Source: an uncultured Gemmatimonadales bacterium (GTDB lineage Bacteria > Gemmatimonadota > Gemmatimonadetes > Palauibacterales > Palauibacteraceae). Taken from it: 64,000 nucleotides of DNA. Each line of letters starts with the position of its first letter. Position 1 is the stretch's first letter. Below, piece after piece: positions 20,001-30,191 of this stretch. The position numbers were made by a program, and so were the translations under genes. The notes below the pieces were generated by a model. That model did not search any database. It was not told the origin of the DNA and saw only the letters and a list, made by a program, of their open reading frames with translations. The stretch is taken from NCBI GenBank assembly GCA_963783385.1, contig CAWANJ010000003.1, positions 128,001 through 192,000 of the forward strand, written 5' to 3'.

Positions 20001-20073
20001 TGGAGCCGACCGGGATCGAACCGGTGACCTCCTGCTTGCAAAGCAGGCGCTCTCCCGACTGAGCTACGGCCCC
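20001..20073 (-). tRNA. tRNA-Ala (TGC)
   Basis: GGGGCCGTAGCTCAG...CCTGC-TTTGCAA-GCAGG...GGTTCGATCCC...CGGCTCCA; G3:U70 pair; CCA not encoded. Confidence 0.97.
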
Positions 20074-20388
20074 TCGAAGACCTCGCGCTCCACGGATACA
20101 CCCGGGCGGGGACGTTGGATCGCGGGTCGGGCCCGGCGGTCTCTCCGGGCGCCGGGGAAGCTAGTCCGGGCCCCGGCGACGGACAACCGGTCGCGTGGCC
20201 CCGTCGCTCTCCACCAAAGGTAGTCTCCACCCCGACCGTGGCCTTATCTTCATCGTTCCCCGAGCGGGTGGGGACGGCCCGTGCGCGGCCGGACCTTCCG
20301 GCGGTCTCGGGGCTACTCTCAGGCGTCCCGCGCCCGGCCGGCGCGGGGCCGCGGGCGGGCCGCGACCGAGCGACCAGGAAGGAAGCGG

Positions 20389-22524
<2,136 letters not shown>

Positions 22525-22597
22525 GGGATTTCGCCGGTCGAGGGAGGCGGGCCGGCGCTTCGCTCATCCCGGTGGCTCCACAACCCCCGCTCGCATG

Positions 22598-22617
22598 CTC
22601 TACTTGTACAAGTAGAG
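22598..22617. repeat. Perfect 20-bp palindrome CTCTACTTGTACAAGTAGAG
   Basis: Directly readable; AT-rich, no spacer, between convergent genes. Confidence 0.9.
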
Positions 22618-22640
22618 GGCCCCGCGACAGCCTCCCGGGC

Positions 22641-24056
22641 CTACCTGCGGACAGGCAGCCCGCTCGGCACGGCGGCCGGGATCACGCCCCGGAGATCGCG
22701 GGCGCGGTCGTCGGTCAGGGCGCGCATGAACGCGGTCACCTCGCTCACGAAGGTGGCGTCGAAGTCCGCGGCCACGATGAAGGGCGAGCGGGCTGCAAGG
22801 ACGGCGTCCTGGTTGTCCACCAGGGTGCCTCTCAGCAGCGTCTCGGGGATGTCCGCGTCCGCGTAAGCGCGCAGCTTCTCGGCGTTCCGGCTGTAATGGT
22901 CGATGAAGTCGTCCAGGTGCGTGAACTGCCCGGCGTGCCCGTACGGGCCGGTCAGCTCCACGTTGCGCAGCGGCGAGGTCCGGAAGCGGTAGAGGTCGTC
23001 CGGATCCCCCGTTACGTTCAGGCGCCCGAAGTCGTCCTGCCCCGAAGGCCCGTTCCCTGCGCCCGGACCGAACTGGGCGAGCGCCACGTCGTGAAACTGG
23101 TCGTCGGAGAAGACCGGCCCGTTGTGGCAGGTCGAGCAGGGAGCCTCCATGAAGTCTAGCGCCCCCCGGAGCTGCTCAGCCGTCAGCGCGTCGTGGTCTC
23201 CCTCGAGAAACCGGTCCCAGGGCGCGTCATCGAAGGTGAACGCGTCGACGAGGAAGCCGGCGATGGCGTTGGCGGCGTGGGCGAACGTCATGTCCTCGAA
23301 TCGTCGGCCCGGATAGGCGGCTTCGAACATGCGGCGATATTCCGGAATCTTCCCGAGCCGCACCATGAGGGCCTTCCACACGTCCCGGAAGTTCCCGTCG
23401 GGCACGTCCCCGAGCTCGTTCTCGCCGGGCTGCCCCCGCATCTCGAGGCGATTCACCACCGGGAACATCGGCTGAGCGGACACGGCGCCGAACTCCAGCG
23501 CTCGCGTGATGTCTCGGGTGAGCTGGCTTCCGGCCGGCGTGTGGAACTTGCCCGCCCGGTCGACCTCCACCCGGCCGTCCAGGAACATGTGATCGAGTCT
23601 CGCGAGGTTGAAGAGCGGCGGAGCGTTGCGCGGGATGAAGGTCTGGTTCGGGTGCACCCGTGCGGGGCCCAGGCCCGTGGCCCCCGTCCCGATGGCCAGG
23701 CTCCGCCCGTCCCCGGTGGCCAGCTCCGGCAGGTGGCAGGTCATGCAGGAGATGTCGCGGTTCCCGCTCAGGATGGGGTCGAACGCGAGCGCACGACCCA
23801 GGGCGGCGAGCTCGGGCCGCACCCGGGGCGAGCGCGGCATGGGACCGATGCCGTGCCGGGCCGCGAGGGACCGGACCTCCGCGGCCAGGGTGCGGCCGCG
23901 CCGGGCGGTCGCCGGGGGTCCGGTCGGCGTGCTGGGGGGTGCGGTCGGTCCCGCATCGGAGCAGGCGGCCAGGAAGAGAAGCGCGAACGCCGCGGCGCCG
24001 ACCAGACCGGTTGCATGGCCCGGCCAGCCGGGATTCTGGGCGAGGTCTGACCTCAT
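22641..24056 (-). CDS. Diheme cytochrome c peroxidase/MauG-superfamily lipoprotein
   Basis: LAAC lipobox; CMTCH and CSTCH; RNAPPLFN; FRTSPLRNVELTGPYGHAG. Confidence 0.92.
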   Translation of the reverse strand: MRSDLAQNPGWPGHATGLVGAAAFALLFLAACSDAGPTAPPSTPTGPPATARRGRTLAAEVRSLAARHGIGPMPRSPRVRPELAALGRALAFDPILSGNRDISCMTCHLPELATGDGRSLAIGTGATGLGPARVHPNQTFIPRNAPPLFNLARLDHMFLDGRVEVDRAGKFHTPAGSQLTRDITRALEFGAVSAQPMFPVVNRLEMRGQPGENELGDVPDGNFRDVWKALMVRLGKIPEYRRMFEAAYPGRRFEDMTFAHAANAIAGFLVDAFTFDDAPWDRFLEGDHDALTAEQLRGALDFMEAPCSTCHNGPVFSDDQFHDVALAQFGPGAGNGPSGQDDFGRLNVTGDPDDLYRFRTSPLRNVELTGPYGHAGQFTHLDDFIDHYSRNAEKLRAYADADIPETLLRGTLVDNQDAVLAARSPFIVAADFDATFVSEVTAFMRALTDDRARDLRGVIPAAVPSGLPVRR

Positions 24057-24218
24057 GGTCCTGGCCTCCTGACGTGGGCGACCGGGCTCGCTCGCGGCGC
24101 CTCCGCGAATGGGGCCGGCACGCGATCGATCGCGGACGCCGTAGTGTGCGAAGACACGGCGGGGCGGCAGGTGCCTGCCGCCCCTCGCGCGCTCCCGGCC
24201 GATCCGTGCGTCACGGGC

Positions 24219-24869
24219 TCAGTACGGTGAGTTCTCGCAGAGTGGAACGGCGGAGTTCCAGTTCGAGAACATGCCGTCCGGGTTGTGCTCCCACAGCCAG
24301 ATGTGGAACATCCAGCCGCCGAAGCGTGAGGGCGCGAATGCGATCGGGGGGTCGATCGCCAGTCCCATGTCTTCCGAGGTGGGCGCGGTCCCGCCCTCGG
24401 GCCACGTGTCGCTGTAGGGGATGAAGTAGTCGAACGCGGCGAGCCGGGCCCGCGGGTTACCCTGCGAATCCTCGCGCGGACCGCCCTCGACCGGGGCGTA
24501 GACCAGAAGCTCCGGTGTCCGGTAGTCGACCTCGTCGTCGAGTCCCACGGCACCCGCATAGTGGTAGCCCATGCCACCGGCGGTCGCGTCCGACACGCAG
24601 CCGTCGGGCGAAGTTAATCCCTCGATGACGACCAGGCCCGGGTAGTCCTCCATCGCGGCGTCCAGGTCGTGGTACTTCGCGGTGGACTTCTTCAGCTCGC
24701 TGAGCTGCCGGGCCAGCTGCGGGTTCGCCGCCGTGGGAGAGGCGTCGACCTTCACGCCCGCCACCGCGGGGGCAGCGAGGCTCGGGGCCTGCTCGTTGCA
24801 CGCGGCGAGCACGCCCGCGGCGGCGCCTGTCAGGACCAGGAACCCAATGGGCCAGTGCCGGATCTTCAT
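24219..24869 (-). CDS. Uncharacterised lipoprotein with MGYHY, PELLVY and HIWLWEHNPDGMF motifs
   Basis: VLAAC lipobox; GGAGGGG RBS; motif layout of a widespread uncharacterised family as I recall it. Confidence 0.8.
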   Translation of the reverse strand: MKIRHWPIGFLVLTGAAAGVLAACNEQAPSLAAPAVAGVKVDASPTAANPQLARQLSELKKSTAKYHDLDAAMEDYPGLVVIEGLTSPDGCVSDATAGGMGYHYAGAVGLDDEVDYRTPELLVYAPVEGGPREDSQGNPRARLAAFDYFIPYSDTWPEGGTAPTSEDMGLAIDPPIAFAPSRFGGWMFHIWLWEHNPDGMFSNWNSAVPLCENSPY

Positions 24870-25166
24870 GATGTTCTCCCCTCCTCTGGGTGGGTCGGAT
24901 ACCGAAGGCATCCGACGGGATCGCCGCCGGCGGCTCGCGGGCCAGGGTTCGGAGTGCGCGGTCGCGGCGGCGTCATCGTCTGTCCCGGGGGCCGGTGAAA
25001 GCCGTCCGGACGGAATCGCGGAAGTCTGTACAGGCCCGACCGAATTTCGTAAATTGTCAAACGCCCTAACGGGAGGCCGATTGGGCCGGCCCGGAGCCAG
25101 CGTGCAGGAGCGCCACCGGGCGGCGCGTCTCGCCTCTCACTTCCCGTTACGTAAGGCGACGTCGAA

Positions 25167-25800
25167 TTGGCTCATCGTCCTGACGGCCGGCTCCGCCTGA
25201 ACCGTGGCGGCGAGGCTTCCGTGGCCAGGCTGCTCGACGCCTCTATGTCCGGTAGCGCGGCGGCCTTCGACCGGCTGTTCGAGGTGGTGTACGACGAACT
25301 TCGTGACCGCGCCCGCGCCCAGCGCCTGCGGTGGCGGGGTCAGGAGACGCTCGAACACAACGGCGCTCGTCCACGAGACGTACATCAAGCTCGCCGGGGC
25401 GGGGGACGCCGACTGGGAGAGCCGGGCCCACTTTCTGGCGATCGCCTCGCGGGCCATGCGGCAGGTGCTGGTCGACTACGCACGCCGACAGACCGCGGCC
25501 AAGCGCGGTGGCGATCGGCGGCCGGTGTCGCTGGAGGAGATCATGATCGAGCCTGGACGGAGCGCTTCCGGCGACCGTTCGGAGGCCGTGCTCGCCCTGG
25601 AGGCGGCACTCGCCAGACTCGAGGAGGAAAACCCTCGCCACGGACGGATCGTGGAGTGCCGTTTCTTCGGCGGAATGACGATCCGGGAGACGGCCGCCGC
25701 CCTGGGCGTCTCCGCGGCGACGGTCAAGCGGAGTTGGGCGGTCGCCCAGGCCTGGCTCTACCGGGACATCAGGAACCATCTGCGAGGCTCTGAGGCCTAG
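25167..25800 (+). CDS. ECF sigma factor of the kinase-associated type (TIGR02999-like), 1-nt frameshift near 25352
   Basis: FDRLFEVVYDELR in one frame; TTALVHETYIKL, AMRQVLVDYAR, AAKRGG, VECRFFGGMT in the next. Confidence 0.85.
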
Positions 25801-25804
25801 AACA

Positions 25805-28414
25805 GTGCCGGACGTGCCCCTGGGGACCCTGGAGGAGCTGTTTGAACGGGCGCGCGGCCTCCCGGCCGGCGAGCGCGCGGCGTTCGTGGCCTCCTGCTCG
25901 GACGATCCCGGCGTGCGCGTGGAGCTCGCGTCGCTGTTGGACGCAGCCGAGGAGGCGTCGGCCTTCTTCGAGGCACTGGCGACATCGCTGATCCCGTCGG
26001 CCGCGCGGCCCGCATCGGTGGGGATGGACGGAGCGGGCGGCCAGGAGGCCGGGAGCCCGCGCGTGGTGGGCCACTACCGGATCGAACAGCTGCTCGGAGC
26101 CGGCGGGATGGGGGTCGTGTACCGGGCGGTGGACACTCGGCTCGGCCGGGAGGTCGCACTCAAGTTTCTCCCCCACCACCTGGGAAGGGACGACCGGGCT
26201 CGCCAACGCTTCCTGGCCGAGGCCCAGGTGGCCGCCGCTCTCGACCACCCCAATGTGTGCGCGCTGCACGAGATCGGCGAGGACGCGGAGGGCAGGGTGT
26301 TCATCGCCATGGGCTATTACGGAGGCGAGACCCTGGACCGCGTCCTCGAGAGGAGGCGTCCCGCGGTCGAGGAGGCCCTGGGATGGGCGCGGCAGATCGC
26401 CTCCGCCCTGCAGGCCGTCCACGCCCGTGGGGTCGTCCACCGGGACATCAAGCCCGGCAATGTCCTCCTCGCAGCGTGCGGCACGGTGAAGCTGCTCGAC
26501 TTCGGGCTGGCCAAGCTGGGCGACGCGACGCTTACCGAGGCGGGCAAGCGGCTCGGCACCGTGGCCTATATGTCGCCGGAGCAGTCGCGCGGCGGGAACG
26601 TGGGGGCCGAGACCGACCTGTGGTCGTTGGGCGTGGTCCTGTACGAGATGCTCACGGGGCGGCGGCCGTTCGGTGGCGGGAACGCGGCCGTCATCCTCGA
26701 GGAGATCCGGCACGGTCGGCCAGCGCCCCCGTCCTCCCTCAGGGACGATCTTCCGGCGGGCCTCGACGAGCTGGTCCTGGGGCTGCTGAGCCCCGACCCG
26801 GCCGCGCGCCGTGGTCCGTTCCGGGCGCTGCTCGGGGAGGAGGGGCGGGTCGGAGCGGGCGCGACGGCGGGGTCTGCGCGCCGGTGGCGATGGGCGGCCG
26901 TGGCCGGGGCGTCCGCCGCGGCCCTGGTCGCGGCCGGCTGGCTCCTCCACGGGAGGCTCGCCGGGCCGGACCTGCCCGAGATTCGCAGGCTTGCCGTGCT
27001 TCCGCTCGCGGATTCCACGCACGCTGCGGAGCAGCACTACCTCGTGGAGGGTCTTCACCAGGCGATGATCGAGGATCTGACGCGAAGCGGAGCCGTCACC
27101 GTGAGTCCGTCCGATGCCGTGGAGCCTTACCGGGACAGCCACCGCCCGCCGCGCCAGATCGCCCGGGAGCTGGGCGTCGACGCGGTTGTCGAGGGCTCGG
27201 TCTGGAACCGCGGCGACAGCCTCGGCGTGGAGATGCGGCTGCTCCGGGGGGATTCCGCTGCTCCGGTCTGGGCGGGCCGCTACGGCGGCTCGGCCCGCGG
27301 GGAGATCCTGGCGCTCCCGTCCCGGGTCGCGGCGGGCATCGTGGAAGCGGTGGGGGCCGAGCGCACCGGTCCGGCGCACCGTGGAGCGCAAGCGGCCGCG
27401 GGCTCCGAGCCCCGTGCGGAGCGCGCCTACCTGAGGGGGATGTACGAGTTCCGGCGCCAGAAAGACCAGGACCTGTCCGACTCGACCGAGCAAACCCGGT
27501 ACCTCCGGGAGGCGATTCGCGACTTCAAGGAGGCCGCGATGATCGAGCCGGACTGGGCGGCGGCGCACGCCTGGCTGGCGCGGGCCTATCACTGGCTGGC
27601 CAGCGGCCTCTCGTGGGCCGACTCGAGTGGAGACTACTTCGAGCTCTCGAAAGCGGAGGCGCTCCGGGCCGTGAGCCTGGACGAGTCCGAGGCGCAGGGA
27701 TTCGCGTCCCTGGGGTTCGACCTCTTCGCCTACGAGCACGACTGGGTGCAGGCGGAACGGGCCCTGCGGCGGGCGATCGAGCTGGAGCCGACCTCGGACA
27801 ACCACTGGACCTACGCGTACTACCTCCTGGTGGTGGGCCGCTTCGCGGAGTCGATCGAACACTTCGAGGAAGCCAAGAGGAGGGACCCCATCTCCACGCT
27901 ACTGAGGTGGCAGGAGGGGCGTACGTACGCCTGCGCCGGTCGCTACGATGAGGCCATCGCTCAGTTCGAGAGTCTTCGACGGTGGGGCCAACCGGAGGGC
28001 GAGGTGGGGCGAATCTCCATGGCCTACGCCTACGCTCACGCCGGCCGGTATCGCGAGGCGATCGCAGTGCTCGAAGACGGCATCGTCCGCACCGACAGCG
28101 CCTTCCAGTACGTGGCCAGCCTGGCGTACGTCGAGGCCAGGGCGGGAGACGTCGGGAAGGCGCGAACACTCATACGCCGGCTCGACGAGAGGTCCGCGGG
28201 CTGGGAACGGAAATTCCCCGAGACGCTAGCGGCGGTGGGCGAGCTCGATCGGGCAGCCACCGCATGGCAGCAGACCATCGAGCACGATTGGGCCCAGCCG
28301 GCGCTGATGCGCTGTTGGCCGGCCTATCCCTATCTGCGGGACGACCCCCGCATCCAGAGGGTCGAGCGGAGCATGCACTTTCCGGCGCCGTCTTCGCCGG
28401 ACCGTCGGCGCTGA
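25805..28414 (+). CDS. Membrane Ser/Thr protein kinase with TolB-N-like and TPR domains
   Basis: GAGGMGVVY, VALK, HRDIKPGN, DFGLAK, YMSPEQ; TM helix; LAVLPL...VEGSV; TPR repeats. Confidence 0.95.
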   Translation: MPDVPLGTLEELFERARGLPAGERAAFVASCSDDPGVRVELASLLDAAEEASAFFEALATSLIPSAARPASVGMDGAGGQEAGSPRVVGHYRIEQLLGAGGMGVVYRAVDTRLGREVALKFLPHHLGRDDRARQRFLAEAQVAAALDHPNVCALHEIGEDAEGRVFIAMGYYGGETLDRVLERRRPAVEEALGWARQIASALQAVHARGVVHRDIKPGNVLLAACGTVKLLDFGLAKLGDATLTEAGKRLGTVAYMSPEQSRGGNVGAETDLWSLGVVLYEMLTGRRPFGGGNAAVILEEIRHGRPAPPSSLRDDLPAGLDELVLGLLSPDPAARRGPFRALLGEEGRVGAGATAGSARRWRWAAVAGASAAALVAAGWLLHGRLAGPDLPEIRRLAVLPLADSTHAAEQHYLVEGLHQAMIEDLTRSGAVTVSPSDAVEPYRDSHRPPRQIARELGVDAVVEGSVWNRGDSLGVEMRLLRGDSAAPVWAGRYGGSARGEILALPSRVAAGIVEAVGAERTGPAHRGAQAAAGSEPRAERAYLRGMYEFRRQKDQDLSDSTEQTRYLREAIRDFKEAAMIEPDWAAAHAWLARAYHWLASGLSWADSSGDYFELSKAEALRAVSLDESEAQGFASLGFDLFAYEHDWVQAERALRRAIELEPTSDNHWTYAYYLLVVGRFAESIEHFEEAKRRDPISTLLRWQEGRTYACAGRYDEAIAQFESLRRWGQPEGEVGRISMAYAYAHAGRYREAIAVLEDGIVRTDSAFQYVASLAYVEARAGDVGKARTLIRRLDERSAGWERKFPETLAAVGELDRAATAWQQTIEHDWAQPALMRCWPAYPYLRDDPRIQRVERSMHFPAPSSPDRRR

Positions 28415-28444
28415 CGGCGGGGCCGGTCGCCGGCGGGAGGCGTG

Positions 28445-28759
28445 CTATCGACGGCCCGTGTCACCTCCGTCGCCCGACCCGCGACCGGTCTCCTCTCGCC
28501 TCCGCCACTTCCGGATATCCCGCACCAGCTCCCGTCGCCCGACACCCGGTCCTCCCAGCTCCAGAGACCAGCCGTGCAGGTCGAAGTGGGGGAGCGTGTG
28601 CTTGCGGTCGATCCAGTCGGACCTGAGCCCGTGCTCCCGCCCCCAGGCCACCAGCTCCTCCAGCGACGTATCGCTGTAGGCGTGGCACAGCGGGTCTTCC
28701 TTCGCGATGTCCGCGTGGGGGACGTCCTTGGGCGCAGTGTGGTAGTGGAACTTGATCAC
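28445..28759 (-). CDS. DUF4031-like protein
   Basis: CHAYSDTSLEEL, GLRSDWI, PHFDL motifs; start uncertain. Confidence 0.7.
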   Translation of the reverse strand: MIKFHYHTAPKDVPHADIAKEDPLCHAYSDTSLEELVAWGREHGLRSDWIDRKHTLPHFDLHGWSLELGGPGVGRRELVRDIRKWRRREETGRGSGDGGDTGRR

Positions 28760-28943
28760 GCGGGACGTTAGCCGGCGGGCCGCCCGGCCGCGAACTCCCT
28801 TTCTCTCTTCCGCGGCCAACCCCTAACTTGAATCTCACCGTGCCATGCGGCCCGCGCTGGATGTCGGTCGTCCGGGCCGAGAGGGGTCGCGACCCCTTCC
28901 GCGTTCCCCGCCAGGCCACCACTCGCTCGCTCCGGAGGCGGTC

Positions 28944-30191
28944 ATGGAGTCCTTCAAGGCGGTATTCCTCACCGTGGTCGTGGCGGTCGCGCTCGTGGTC
29001 GTGGCGGTCCTCTTCCACATGAAACGCCCGTCGTTGGAGAAGGCGCAGCCGACCCCCTCCCTGGTCCGGGCCACGGGCAAGTGCGCCTCCTGCCACGAGG
29101 AGGAGACGGGCGCCATCGTGGCCGAGTACCGGAAGAGCCGCCATGCGCAGCGCGGCGTGACCTGCCTGGACTGCCACGCCCCGGCCCCGGGCCAGGACTC
29201 CCTGGCCCATCGCGGGTTCACGATCGCCACGAAGCTGACGGCCAAGAACTGCGCCGGCTGTCACGCGGACGAGTACCGGCAGTTCCTCCGGAGCCGGCAC
29301 GCGGCGCCCGCCTTCGCCGCCATCCACGGGGCGGCGTCCTTCACGAAGGAGGAGGTCGACTTCGCCGAGCGCTTCCATCCGGGTGCGGTCAAGCGGCCGC
29401 CCAACGCGCTCGCGGCCCTGGAGGGGGACACGGCCATCCAGTCGGGCTGCGAGTCGTGCCACTCGATCGGCCGTCCCAACCCGGACGGCTCCGTCGGCAC
29501 CTGCACGGACTGCCACGCGCGCCACGCCACCTCGGTGGCCCTGGCTCGTCGGCCGCGCACCTGCGGCCAGTGCCACATGGGCCCGGACCACTCTCAGATC
29601 GAGATCTACGAGGAGTCCAAGCACGGCGTCCTGTTCGAGGCGCAGCAGGACCAGATGAACCTGTCGGCCGACCCCGCCCGGCTCACCACGGCTGACATGC
29701 CGGTCCCGACCTGCGCCACCTGCCACATGAGCGGCCTCGACAACCTGAACGTGACCCATGACGTGACCGAGCGCCTATCCTGGTGGCTGTTCGCGCCGGT
29801 CTCCAAGAAGCGGCCGACCTACGAGCAGGGCCAGGCCGAGATGCAGAGGCTGTGCGACAACTGCCATACGGACGCCCACACGAAGGCGTTCTACGCGCGC
29901 GCCGAGAAGATCGTGGCCTCGACCAACTCGCGCATCGCGGAGGCCACGGCGCTCATGGACTCGCTGCGCTCCGAGGGCCTCCTCACCCCGAAGCCGTTCG
30001 ATGAGCCGATCGAGTTCACGTACTTCGACCTGTGGCACTACTACGGGCGCACGGCCAAGCACGGCGCCTTCATGGGCGGGGCGGACTTCGTCCAGTGGCA
30101 CGGGAACTACGAGCTCCTGAACAAGATGACGGACCTCCGGGCCGACGCCCGCCACCTGCGGGAAGAGCACGCCGCCGCGAGCGGACGGTGA
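28944..30191 (+). CDS. Octaheme c-type cytochrome, hydroxylamine oxidoreductase (HAO)-like family
   Basis: Eight CxxCH motifs (CASCH, CLDCH, CAGCH, CESCH, CTDCH, CGQCH, CATCH, CDNCH); CHMGPDHSQIEIYEESKHG signature; N-terminal TM anchor. Confidence 0.9.
   Translation: MESFKAVFLTVVVAVALVVVAVLFHMKRPSLEKAQPTPSLVRATGKCASCHEEETGAIVAEYRKSRHAQRGVTCLDCHAPAPGQDSLAHRGFTIATKLTAKNCAGCHADEYRQFLRSRHAAPAFAAIHGAASFTKEEVDFAERFHPGAVKRPPNALAALEGDTAIQSGCESCHSIGRPNPDGSVGTCTDCHARHATSVALARRPRTCGQCHMGPDHSQIEIYEESKHGVLFEAQQDQMNLSADPARLTTADMPVPTCATCHMSGLDNLNVTHDVTERLSWWLFAPVSKKRPTYEQGQAEMQRLCDNCHTDAHTKAFYARAEKIVASTNSRIAEATALMDSLRSEGLLTPKPFDEPIEFTYFDLWHYYGRTAKHGAFMGGADFVQWHGNYELLNKMTDLRADARHLREEHAAASGR

Noticed and set aside
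20001-20003. Both tRNA genes lack an encoded CCA
   Set aside because: Common in many bacteria; CCA is added enzymatically
25055-25060. TTGACA on the minus strand upstream of the lipoprotein gene
   Set aside because: No plausible -10 box at 16-18 bp spacing
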